In this document: in pieces, positions 13,980 through 24,516 of the stretch | Layout: each line of letters begins with the position of its first letter | Position numbering within the stretch: position 1 is the stretch's first letter | NCBI GenBank assembly: GCA_964016885.1 | Contig: OZ024741.1 | Coordinates: 193,688,001 to 193,752,000 of the forward strand | Direction of reading: 5' to 3' | DNA length: 64,000 nucleotides | Source: Eledone cirrhosa | Lineage: Eukaryota | Translations under genes and position numbers: made by a program | Notes under the pieces: generated by a model | What the model saw: only the letters and a program-made list of their open reading frames with translations | Told to the model about the DNA's origin: nothing | The model's database searches: none

Positions 13980-14874
13980 GTGTGTGCGCATGTGTGTGTA
14001 TGTAAAAGTAAGCTTTCACCCTTTAGTCTTTATTCTAGTTCATTATTTTTTTTTCCATAACTCATTTTTTAAAATTGTTTTTAATTATTCTATTTTCTAC
14101 TTTCTCTGTCCCTCCAAAATATATCTTTTCTACCTCACCTCTATTAGTCCAGTTGCCTTTTAATCTAAGTGGATAGCAGTAGGAAGATTTTTTACTGCAA
14201 GGCACAGCAACCTCACCTCGAACTTTGAAATCTTTCTGATGAAATGCAGTATTTAACATATTGCTAGTGAATGTGCATAATAATAATATTAATATGCAAC
14301 CAGACTTATACTGAATTGAAACATGTTAAAGAATGAACTTTTGATTAAATTCTTCACTTCTTTTCTATACTTCACGCCTAGTGTTTGTTTTTCCTATACA
14401 TTTAAATATATATATATATATGGATGTATATATAATGTATTTTGCAATACACTTTATGCTTAATTAAAAGCATTTTGGAGCTCTGAAATAGCAATATATA
14501 TATAAATAGCATTATATATACATCCATATATATATTGCTATTTCAGAGCTCCAATTCTAATTTTTAATTTCTGCCTGACCAACAACCGCTCTGCATAATC
14601 AGCTCCTGATTATTTACTAGAATTCTATAAGAATATAACATCAGTGATCTCGGTAGACAGGTGGGAGTAGTTAGCCTTGATAAGCTTCAACAAAAGCGAA
14701 ACAAGGCCTTGTCGGCTTATCTCTCCTGTTTGCTGAGATCAAAGTAAGTGAATTTGTCACTACTCTAAAAAACAATAGCTTACGGTCTTCAAAATGCTTT
14801 TAATTAAGCATAAAGTGTATTGCAAAATATATTATATATACATCCATATATATATTGCTATTTCAGAGCTCCAA

Positions 14875-14923
<49 letters not shown>

Positions 14924-16412
14924 GTATATATATATATATATACACACACACATATGCACATATATAATGCATTGGTGTATCTCTAAGTAACATGTTAGTA
15001 TGTTTGGTGGATTGTGTAGATGATGTAGATGCACGTAGTCCCTGGTAGTGTTACATAAGTGAGGGTTGAGGCAGGTGGGTGAGATATAGAGAGCTTGGAG
15101 GTAGAAAGAAGGGTCATAGTTAGAACAAAAATTCATAATAAAACTACTTACAATGGCAAACGTTTTGTGCTTATTGTTTTATTGTTTGTTAGGGTAAAAT
15201 AAGATGAAAAAGAAAAGAATAAAAACGAATTTAAAATTAAAATCAAAAAGACTAGAGAGTGGAATTATGATTAGGATTAGTATACGTTTAGTATGTCTAC
15301 CATTGGCTGGTTCATGGCTACTGTTTACGAACCTTGTTGTTGAGTTAGTAAGGTTAGTTAGCACTTTCGGATGTAAAAATCCTTCATCAGACTGTTTGTT
15401 TTGGCAGATTACAGAAGCGATAATCATAAACGAACTCGAACCAAAATTAAACAGAAAACATGAGTGGAATAACAACATCACAACTAGTAATTAAGGACAA
15501 GATAAAATTATACAGAGACACACTGGAACCAAACTAATAGAACAAACCAAACACACACATATAGAACAAGCAACCAACTAGTGACAAATAAAAAAAAAAA
15601 CATATAAATAGATAAATAAAAAAACTCACACACAGATATAACACATGCGCAACCCAAGTGAACACACAGCTCACAAAAACAAGATGATGCAGGGCAGAAC
15701 AAAGGAGAGACACAAAATAACAAATTAGTCACCGAGGTCACAGAATGTGTGATGAAAGAGCTTCGACAATAAACAAATAAACAACCATTCAGTTATTGAA
15801 CTAACCAACTAGAAATTTATAATAAATTGAAGTGAAAACTAACTGGTTTTTATTGACACCATGATCCTCCCAAAGTATATTTATATATATATATATATAT
15901 ATATAATAATAAGGGTTGACAGACCCAGCATATTTATCAATGCCAGTACCGGTTGTATCTCAGTGCACTCAATGGGCAATGTAAGATACATATATATGTA
16001 AGATATATATATAATTGAATATAAAGAGATTGAATATAGAGAGATAAACACAGATATAAACATACATGTGTTCAAATTGTAAGGGACCAAGATCGCTTGG
16101 TAATTTCCTTTGCTAAAAATTGTGAAACAACTCCCAAAGCTGTCTGGGTGTTCAGGCAGTTGCCCAATATAGGTTTGTTTTTCTTTTTCTTGATTTATTA
16201 CTTTAAATTGAGTCTGGAAAACCATATTGTTATAGTTAGTATTCTTTTCACCCTAGCGAACTTGGTCCCTTACAATTTGAACACATGTATGTTTATATCT
16301 GTGTTTATCTCTCTTTTATATTCAATTATATTACACGGCTCAGAAAAACTTCTTTCTTTGAGCTATTTAATTGTAAGAGACTATTTTGAGTTTCTAACTC
16401 AATATATACCTT

Positions 16413-16450
<38 letters not shown>

Positions 16451-16640
16451 GTCAGGTCGCTCTCGAGTACTACTGGTAACATATAACCCAGTACAACCTG
16501 TTTCATGGTCAGGTCGTCGATGACTAAACCGGCAGCCTCACCAAGCTTGCTTGGTGAGGAGGGTGATATTTGGACACTCTGTGGGCTCAAATACAAGACT
16601 CGGCAAAGGAACTCGGCAGAGTCAACAGCCATCCAAATAG

Positions 16641-16675
<35 letters not shown>

Positions 16676-19600
16676 TGGGAGTGAAAGGCCCCCAGTTGTT
16701 GTCATAACACCTTTCGAAGAGAGGGAAACTCTGAAAAAAAACAACCTGTGGCTTCGCAAGCATCTGATGATGTTGACAAGTTCTCCTTTTCGGGTAGTGT
16801 TTTCGACGCTCAGAGAGTGGGATTGGTTGAGTGCAAGGCCTTTCTCCACTTAAAGAACCTTCAAAGCACAGGCATTGCTTGTTCAGGATCTGTTACAGGT
16901 TCGTGTGGCTGGCCGTAGCCTAAAGTCACACCCTTTTCTGTTATCTGACAAGTGATTGCAATACTCTTAGCAGAGTTTGTAGCCACCATAAATATATATA
17001 TATATTGTTATGCTTTGGGGGGGTCATACTGCCAATAAAAACACACGCACCTGTTGGTTTTCACTTCAATTTATTATAAATTTCCAGATGGTTGTTTATA
17101 TATTGTCAAAGCTCTTTCGTCACATATTCTGTGACCTCCTCAGTGACTAGGTTTTTATTTTGTGTCCTTCTAGTCTGTGGAGCTGCCATTGCTAGCAACT
17201 ACAGATTCTCTTGCTTCCTCTCCCTGATCATACGCCCTATCATCGAAATGTCTCCAGATATATGCGACAGCATGGAGGACCTTCTCAGTAGAATCGGCAA
17301 ATGTCTAGGGACCTAACAGGCTGTACAATAGGTATCATGGATCTAGTGTCCCTATACCCATCCATCGATGTTGATTATAAAAATGATCAGCGAGAGTGAT
17401 GTGGAATTCCATGGGATTGATACCAGTGAGCTGGGACTCCTACTTAAACTCACACACAATCAGGATTATTTAGACACACACGACCTCAGCAGCCTCTGCC
17501 TCACAAGGCCAGAAAGAGGCAGACCACCCGCCATCACCTCACTAGCCAAGAAGACCCACACAGAAAGATGGAGCAGGTGGACCAGAGCCATACAGACCCC
17601 TGAAAACCATGATGAATTAAAGAAAATGATTGCACATGCGGTGGGGGCCAGTATAAGACTAACCTTTAAGGAACATATGTTCAAGTTTAATGGCAAAAGA
17701 TATGCACAATAGGAGGGGGCAGCCATTGGCATTAGCGTTGCAGGTGACATAGCTAACCTCTTTATGGTATGGTGGGACAGAAGACTTAAGGAACAATTAG
17801 ACAATTTTATAACCCTAACTATGTACTCCCACTACGTAGATCACATAAACATTGTAATAAAAACACCCCCACAGGAGAACAGTCTGGAATTAGAGGAAAA
17901 CAACATAGAAAGCATCCAGCAAATAGCTAACTCCATCCAGCAGAGTATTAAAGTTACTACAGACTACCCAAGCAAACACCCCAACCATAGATTACCTGTA
18001 CTAGACACAGAACTCTGGTTAGAAACTATTAGTAATAGAACACAAATCCTCCATTCACATTATGCCAAACCCACGACCCCCAAGTACCTGATCCACTGAA
18101 ACTCAGCTGTTTCAGATAACATGAGAATCAACATACTGATTGCAGATTTAGTAAGAGTGATGAGGAACGTGTCCCGCATGTGCAACCCCAAAGAACTAGA
18201 GAGACACATACAACACTTCATCCACCGCATGTAGTTCTCTGGTTACAATCAGAGAGACAAGATCAGGGTATATAAAGGAGCCAGGACCAATTGGGCAAAG
18301 ATTGTAGAAAATGATGGGAATGGGACTTGCCCCATGTATAGGACCAAATTTTGGAATAGAATAGAAATGATTAGGAATAAGACAAATAAAATCAACTCAT
18401 CGAATGATAGCAATAAATACCAGAGTGTAATGTTCGTCAATACAACCCCTAGGGGCGAACTAGCTTACAGATTTAGAAGCGCCCTAGACAAGCTCAAATT
18501 AAATATTAAGGTAGTTGAAAGACCAGGTATTCCCATAAAAACCCTAATTAGCAAAACATACTCATTTCAAAGATCCCCCTGTACTGACAGGAAATGCATA
18601 GTCTGCAAGCTAAACCTGCAAACTAACTGCAAAACTAGGAATGTAGTATATAGCACAAGATGAACTGAGAGACAGTGTAGGAATAAGAACATATGGGTCA
18701 ACTAGTCTAACCCATGCTAGTGTGAAAAATGGTTGTTAAATGAGGATGACGATAATGATGAATCATCATCATCATCGTTTAACGTCCATCTTCCACGCTA
18801 ACAAGGGTTAGACGGGAGTTGTCCCACTTGAGGCAAGATTAGTCGGGTGACCGTGTCTCGCTCGTATAGGACTATCTGGCAGGTTTTCTATGGCTGGATG
18901 CCCTTCCTAACACCAAACACATTTACAGTGTGGAATATATATCATCATCGATTAACGTCCATCTTCCACGCTAGCATGTGTTAGATGGGTCCTATTTTAA
19001 GGCAAGTTTTGTCAAGTGACCGTGTCTCGCTCAAATAAGGGTGTTTCTGGCTGGTTTTCAGTTGGATGCCCTTCCTAACGCCAACCACATTTACAGTGTG
19101 GGCTGGGTGCTTTTTGCCATGCCTTTTACACGTTCACTTTACAGTGTGGGGTGGGGGTGTTGAGAGATCCCGGTCATGTGTCATCTCCTCTGAGAGGTGC
19201 AATTGGGCAAGGTCGGCTTTTATCACCTCATCCCAGGTCTTCCAACGACTTTGAGCGCTCTGCACTTTTTTATGCAGTTGTTATCCTTCATACGCAACAC
19301 ATGTCCATACCAATGCAATCTCCTCTCCTGCTCACAGCATTTGATTCCTCTGATGCCTAGTTTCTCTCTCAGTTCATTTATGCTTTGCTGTTCTCGCACA
19401 TTACTATTACACATCCATCAGAACATGCAGGCTTCATTTCTTTCCAATCTATGCAAGTCTTCTGCACACAATGCCCAGGTCTCACTACCATGCAACATTG
19501 CTGTATGTACACACGCATCATATTAGTTTGCCTGCTATCCCACTACATCTTGTGTACCCAAGATCTGCATTGCGTACATTTTATGGAATTTATGCCAGTT

Positions 19601-22600
19601 CTTTCCTACATATCGAACATGGCCATTTCCTGATGGAATCGGAGTTTTGTCCTCTCTTCTACTCATCAACACTTTTGTCTTAGCTAGGTTCACTCTCAGT
19701 CCTCTTGCTTCCAACTGCTGTTTCCATAGCCACAATTTATTCTCTAGCTCTTCTACTGATTCTGATATAAGTACCAGATCATCAGCATAGAGAAGTTCCC
19801 ATGGGCATCCAGTCTTAAACTCCTCTGTTATGGCTTGGAGGACTATAATGATCAAGAGCAGGCTGAGGACCGAACCCTGATGTACTCCTACTTGTATCTG
19901 GAATTCTTCACTAAACTCCATACCTACTCTCACTTTACTGACAGCACCTCTGTACATAGCTTGCACTGTCCTCACAAGCCATTCCTCTACACCTAATTTC
20001 CTTAGGGACCACCAGATGACAGATCGGGGTACCCTATCAAAGGCCTTCTCTAGGTCAACAAAAGCTAAGTATAGTGGCTTATTCTTCTCTAAGAACTTCT
20101 CTTGTAGTTGCCTCACTAAGAAGAGAGCATCTGTTGTACTTTTCCGAGGCACAAAACCAAACTGCATCTCATCTAATTTGACCCTTTCTCTAATCAGTTG
20201 CGCTATTCTCTCTGCCACTTTCATAACCTGATCCATAATTGCTCCTCCCTAGAGCATCCCCTTTACCTTTGTAGCAATTTATGAGAATACTGCTGCACCA
20301 GTCTTTGGGTCTGACACCGCCATATATAGCCTGATTGATGATGCGTGCAACCAGTTTAATGCCTACTTCACCTGATGCCTTCAGCATCTTAGCAACTATC
20401 CCAGATGGTCCAGCAGCCTTACCATTCTTCATTTCTTTAATTGCCTCTTGTACCCTATATTCGTCAATCTCAATAGCTGGTCCCTCTGTTGGGTCTACTG
20501 GGGGTAATTTCTCTCTGTCCCATTCATCAGTCTCTCATAGTGACAGATATTATAAGGGTGCGACGTTATAACTATGTATCTATCTAAAAAGACAGACTAA
20601 GAAAGAGAGAGAGATCGCTAACCGGCGCCTAATGCAGTCCCTAGGGCATTGAACATTTGAAATATTTTTTGTGTAAAGTTTGAAAAAAAAATCAGTTGGG
20701 TGGTTCTCAAGTTTTAGGGGGACAGACAGACATTCTGTTTTATATATATATTTGTATATATATATGTGTGTATATGCATATATATTTGTGTGTGTAGATA
20801 TATATATATATATCATTATCATCGTTTTTACATCCATTTTCTATGAGAGCATGGGTTGGACAAGTCTTTTTCAGCATGTGTCCAGTTGCCGCATTCCTTT
20901 GTCATCTCTTCTGATAGCCTCAGCGATTTGAGATCAGTTCTCATCACCTTTGCCCAGGTCTTCCTTGGTCATCCTCTACTGTAATTTCCTGGCACTTCTT
21001 CACCCACCGATCATCATCCATGCCCATACCAATGTAGTCATCTCTGTTGCACAACACTTCAGATTCCTCTTAAACACAGTTTCTCTCTCAGTTCATCCAA
21101 GCTCTGCCTTTCTCTCACATTTACATTGCACATCCAACAAAGCATGCTTGCTTCATTTTTCTCCAGCCTACATGTCCTCTGCAGTCACTGCCCATGTTCC
21201 ACTACCATCCAGTATCGCACTTCACACACAGCCCTCCCTTTGTATGTAGGGAGAAACCTTTCATTGTCAGCAATGGGAGTAGCTCTCTAACCCTTTAGCA
21301 TTCACATTGTTTTATATATACTATTATATTTTCATGGTAAAGGCTTTACCTCACATAATATCGAATCTGTGAGATTTTGAAAGTATTTATTTTGAGAACA
21401 ATACCTTAACATCAGTTTGAGCGACCAGTTACAGCCAGTTTCAACAGAAAGAGGTAGATAATTCTGGCCGGTTTGAGCACTAAAGGGCTAAACTTGCTCC
21501 TCTACTGCTAATTAAGTCACCTAGATAGCACAAGCTACCAATCACATCTATGGATCTTTCCTGTGACTGGAAAATGTTTGTATTATTGGCACTCTTCTTC
21601 TTGATTACTTCCATGCATCTTCTACATGCAGTCCTCTCTTCCTGTTAGCCAACACATTATCCCACATCTTTTGTGTACCCAAGATTTACATTGTGTCCAA
21701 TGTATGAAGTTTATGCCTACCCCTTTTTTACATATTGAGCAGTGCCACTTCCCTGGAGGATTCTGAGTCCTATCTTCTTTCCTACTTACTAGCCCTTTAG
21801 TTTTGGCTAAGTTTCCTCCTAGACCTTTTAATTCCAAATTAAGTTTCCATAATTGAAATTTATATTCTCTTTTTTGGGGGGGTTCATCTATACAGACCAA
21901 ATCATCTGCATAGAGAAGTTCCCGTGGACAGTCGATTTCAAACTCTTCTGTTATGGCCTGGAAAACTATGATGAACAGCAGTGGGCTAAGAACTGAACCT
22001 TGATTATACTAAACTCATTTCCTACTCTCACTTTACTGACAGCTCCTCTGTATATAGCTTACTGCTCTCACAAGCCATTCTTCTACACCTAATTTCTTTA
22101 AAGACCACCAGATAATGGATCAAGGTACTCTGTCAAAGGCTCTTTCTAGAACAACAAAAGCTACATATAGAGGCTTATTTTTGGCTAGGAACTTCTCTTG
22201 TAGTTCGCTCACTAAAAAGAGGGCATCTGTAGTACTTTTTCCAGGCATGAAATCAAACAGCATCTCATCTAATTTGACTCTTTCTGTCACTTTCATAACT
22301 TGGTCTATTAGTTTTATTCCTCTATAGTTGCTCCTTTCTGGAGCATCACCTCTTGTAACAATTTACGATTGTACTGCTGAGGCAGTCATTGGGTATGACT
22401 CTGTTTTGTATTATTTAATTTACTATACTGGTTCTTAGTTTGATTCATACCTCTCCCGATGCTTTTAGCATCTCAGCAACTATTTCAGCTTTACCATTCT
22501 TCATCTCGTTGATTGCATCTTTGACCCTAAAATTGTCAACTTCAAAAGCTGGTCCTTCCTTTTGCTAAGTTGGGGGTAGTTTCTCTTCCTCCCATTCATT

Positions 22601-24516
22601 TTCTACATTCATCAATCTCTTATAGTAACATTTCCGGTGGTGTATATGAAGACATATCATCATCATCATTTCATTTTACGTCCGCTTTTTCCCTGCTTGC
22701 AAGGGTGGGACAGGAACTGATTCTGGCTTGATTTTTACAGCTGGATACCCTTCCTAACACCAACCTCATTTACAGTGAGTGCTGGGTGCTTTTTTGCCGT
22801 GGCACCTCCACGACCACTTTGCAGTGGAGTGATATGGACCCCAGTCCCTATCATCTCATTTCTACAGCTGAGTAAACTGGAGCAATGTGAAATAAAGTGT
22901 CTTGCTCAAGGAAACAACACATCACCTGGTCTGAGAATTGAACTCACAACCTTTTGATTGCAAAGCCAATGCCCTAACCACTAAGCCATGTGCCTCCATG
23001 CCATATTATATATATAAATATATATAATACATTTATATACAATTAACATATGGGTAGCCTTACTGCAGAAGAAAAATATTTTTTATAATGAAATGAAAGA
23101 AATTATAATTTTTGGTATTTTCCTCTATGAATATATCAGAGTTGCCAGAATATTCTGAGTATCAGACAAAGATGATGTTTCAAGAATTCTATATCGACTA
23201 TAGTCTATTCCATGCCAGTATGTCCTGAATGAGAGATTAATAAATCTTGAAACATTGTTGATACTGACTTGATATCTTCAACTTGTAGTTATATAGACTG
23301 GGTATTCTCGTCTATATATGTGTGCATGTATAGGTAGTGAATTGGCAGAGTCATTAGAACATTGGATATAATGCATTGCATTATTTGTTCTGGCGCTCAG
23401 CACTCTGAGTTCAAAACCTGTTAAGATCAGCTTTGCCTTTCATCCTTTCAAAGTTGATATAAAAGTACCAGTCCTGTACTGATGTTGTTTTTCTTCTTCT
23501 CTCTTTGGAAGAACAGAGTTGGAGAGAGGCTAACCTCTTCCAGGTAAAAAAAAAAAAAGCCCAAAACATGCTGTATGGCACCCCTACAACTCCATCAGGA
23601 GTTTTGTGTTCGTATATGTAGGTGGATCATATCTAGATATATAATAGAATATGTAACTAATCTCTCTTTCACAGGTTACATGATTTAAACAATGATACCC
23701 TCCTTGATGGTCTCGAAATCCTGGCAGCACTGTTTCACTCCCAGCCTACTGACAACATATTGCCAAATCTAACTGAACAAGACATCAAACTGAAGTCACG
23801 GGATCAAATCAAGAAGATGCGTAAAGAGAGGCAGGAGAAAGTAATACATCATTACACAGGTACTACTACTACTACTACTACTAATAATAATATTGTTACT
23901 GCCACCACAACCACCATCATCACTACTATTAGTATTAATCTTTTCTCTCTCTCTCATCCCAAACCTAACTCCCAGAAGTGTAGTAGAGAAAAACATTAAC
24001 CCTGTTCATACCATAGCCCCCAAACCACCTAAGAATTGTTAAGAGGAAGTAGAATTATATTTATCAATGATATACGAGTGTGTATGTGTGTGTGTATGTA
24101 TGTCTGCCAGCAGGCATGTTTTTCACTTCAACTGTCCACCATCACATCATTACATATTTCAATCTTTGTCCATCTCCTTTTTTGAATTTACACTTTACCC
24201 CAGAGGCAGCTAAAAATTGAGATTTTTTTTTCAAGGATTATTCTGGGATCTGGATCTGTGCTAAATTTTGTGAATTTTTATTGGGAAATGTCTATGTTGT
24301 GTTAAGTGAAACTTTCCTACTTATTATATAATAAATATACGTCATTTTCTCTCTCTCTTACATCCAGATATTATCGATGATGTGTTTGATAAAGATGACC
24401 TCAATGACGATGGTTACTTGGATTATATAGAATTTACCAGAACCCACAGACGGGAACAGAAGCAATTCAACAGATCCCAAGAAAAAGATATTCACATAAA
24501 CAAACGTAAACCATAA
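6050..24516 (+). CDS. MCFD2: MCFD2-like secreted EF-hand protein, 4 coding exons, 180 aa
   Basis: join(6050..6174,7785..7868,23675..23859,24368..24516), 543 nt, all GT-AG, phases 2/2/1 consistent. Signal-peptide-like [23 protein letters not shown]; [40 protein letters not shown] matches the MCFD2 HIxxHL..HYFKMHDxDxNxxLDGLE motif; second EF-hand [14 protein letters not shown]. Orthologue versus paralogue not resolved. Confidence 0.88.
6210..6775. repeat. Degenerate ~11-13 bp minisatellite (aacaagtgggat)
   Basis: Repeated aacaa(g/a)tgggat units. Confidence 0.8.
7135..7321 (-). mobile_element. SINE family 1 copy
   Basis: Reverse complement of the 1074 copy; TSD tatagtataaagaataat. Confidence 0.85.
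7465..7590 (-). mobile_element. CR1-like LINE 3' end
   Basis: [23 protein letters not shown] matches the CR1 ORF2 C-terminal motif WNxLPxxVV..FK. Confidence 0.6.
7655..7752. repeat. (TAG)n(TTG)n microsatellite
   Basis: Direct reading. Confidence 0.95.
7785..7868 (+). CDS. MCFD2: MCFD2-like coding exon 2
   Basis: tacag|...|gtaaga; [28 protein letters not shown]. Confidence 0.88.
8491..11457 (+). mobile_element. Near full-length decayed RTE-clade LINE (family A): APE endonuclease, RT and internal PHD finger
   Basis: [26 protein letters not shown]; AGDFNGHVG; [13 protein letters not shown]; [13 protein letters not shown]; LYADDL; RLWWYGHV; 3' tail cccttgcaagcagggaaaagcggatgtaaaat(gat)n; several stops and frameshifts. 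Confidence 0.92.
11460..11820. repeat. (TA)n/(TG)n compound microsatellite
   Basis: Direct reading. Confidence 0.9.
11821..12840 (+). mobile_element. 5'-truncated RTE LINE (family B) with long 3' UTR
   Basis: [39 protein letters not shown]; 3' UTR with ~45-bp repeats, a degenerate aagg(g)catccagc domain and (gat)n tail. Confidence 0.88.
12916..12955 (+). ncRNA. Minimal type I hammerhead ribozyme (PLE-type)
   Basis: uucu-CUGAGGA-gcuc(gugu)gggu-GAAA-cauuaug-UA-agag; GUA triplet 12949-12951; lies at the apex of a ~58-bp inverted repeat (12847-13013). Confidence 0.7.
13838..13882 (+). ncRNA. Minimal type I hammerhead ribozyme
   Basis: gcu-CUGAUGA-uuccugcc(ccac)gguauggau-GAAA-cauug-UC-agc; GUC triplet 13877-13879. 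Confidence 0.7.
14646..14740 (+). ncRNA. Type I hammerhead ribozyme, C3U/G8A covariant core
   Basis: agcc-UUGAUAA-gcuu(caacaa)aagc-GAAA-caag(gc)cuug-UC-ggcu; 16-bp distal stem I gaucucgguagacagg/ccuguuugcugagauc. Confidence 0.8.
15400..15875 (+). mobile_element. PLE (Naiad-like) 3' end: GIY-YIG C-terminus and pLTR with decayed hammerhead
   Basis: [23 protein letters not shown]; 15727-15875 is homologous in inverted orientation to 17010-17150. Confidence 0.7.
16450..16880 (+). mobile_element. Dispersed structured repeat (probable LINE 5' UTR), second copy at 50275-50760
   Basis: Shared blocks agtacaacctgt..atggtcaggtcgtc..gactaaaccggca..ggtgaggagggtga..ctgggagtgaa..cgctcagagagtgggattgg. Confidence 0.6.
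17105..17147 (-). ncRNA. Minimal hammerhead ribozyme in inverted Naiad-type pLTR
   Basis: - strand guca-CUGAGGA-g-gucaca(gaaua)ugugac-GAAA-gagc-UU-ugac; one extra nucleotide after A9. Confidence 0.7.
17195..18695 (+). mobile_element. Naiad-clade Penelope-like element, decayed RT-thumb-Zn linker-GIY-YIG start
   Basis: [11 protein letters not shown]; [32 protein letters not shown]; YVDH (YVDD); [21 protein letters not shown]; HYAKP..LIH*NSA; SGY; [12 protein letters not shown]; IKVVERPG; [17 protein letters not shown]. Confidence 0.8.
18763..19520 (-). mobile_element. Stacked RTE-B 3' ends / SINE-like tails
   Basis: Two (atc)n-gtttaacgtcc..ggatgcccttcc units plus an RTE C-terminal fragment ([11 protein letters not shown]). 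Confidence 0.8.
19521..20522 (-). mobile_element. RTE family A internal RT fragment
   Basis: ORF 19535-20236: [28 protein letters not shown]. Confidence 0.92.
20540..20745 (-). mobile_element. Non-autonomous Helitron-like repeat, homologous to 37050-37345
   Basis: Shared gacagatattataagggtgc..atgc(a/g)gtccctagggcattgaa..gttctcaagttttag..gacagacagacattc. Confidence 0.6.
20812..22636 (-). mobile_element. Older decayed RTE LINE interrupted by a piggyBac MITE
   Basis: [44 protein letters not shown]; remnants of the RT motifs. Confidence 0.85.
21291..21487 (+). mobile_element. piggyBac-type MITE (197 bp) with CTAA TSD
   Basis: ctaa|CCCTTTAGCATTCA...GAGCACTAAAGGG|ctaa; family members at 39109-39315, 40599-40795 and 56117-56334. 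Confidence 0.85.
22656..22998 (-). mobile_element. Composite SINE family 2: tRNA head, CORE-like domain, V-like domain and RTE-A tail
   Basis: - strand tggcttagtggttagggc (A-box), gagttcaattc (B-box), ccttgagcaagacacttta, ggttggtgttaggaagggtatccagc, cccttgcaagcaggg..cggacgtaaaatga. Confidence 0.8.
23675..23859 (+). CDS. MCFD2: MCFD2-like coding exon 3 (EF-hand 1)
   Basis: ctttcacag|...|gtacta; [24 protein letters not shown]...VIHHYT. Confidence 0.9.
24368..24516 (+). CDS. MCFD2: MCFD2-like coding exon 4 (EF-hand 2, stop)
   Basis: catccag|; [29 protein letters not shown]...KRKP-TAA. Confidence 0.9.

Noticed and set aside
14236-14280. CUGAUGA..GAA UGUGCA UA hammerhead-like motif
   Set aside because: One A of GAAA is missing and stem I does not pair; treated as a decayed copy only.
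15490-15830. SECIS element for the Naiad PLE
   Set aside because: AUGA..AA spacing occurs but no complementary helix with the GA quartet was found.
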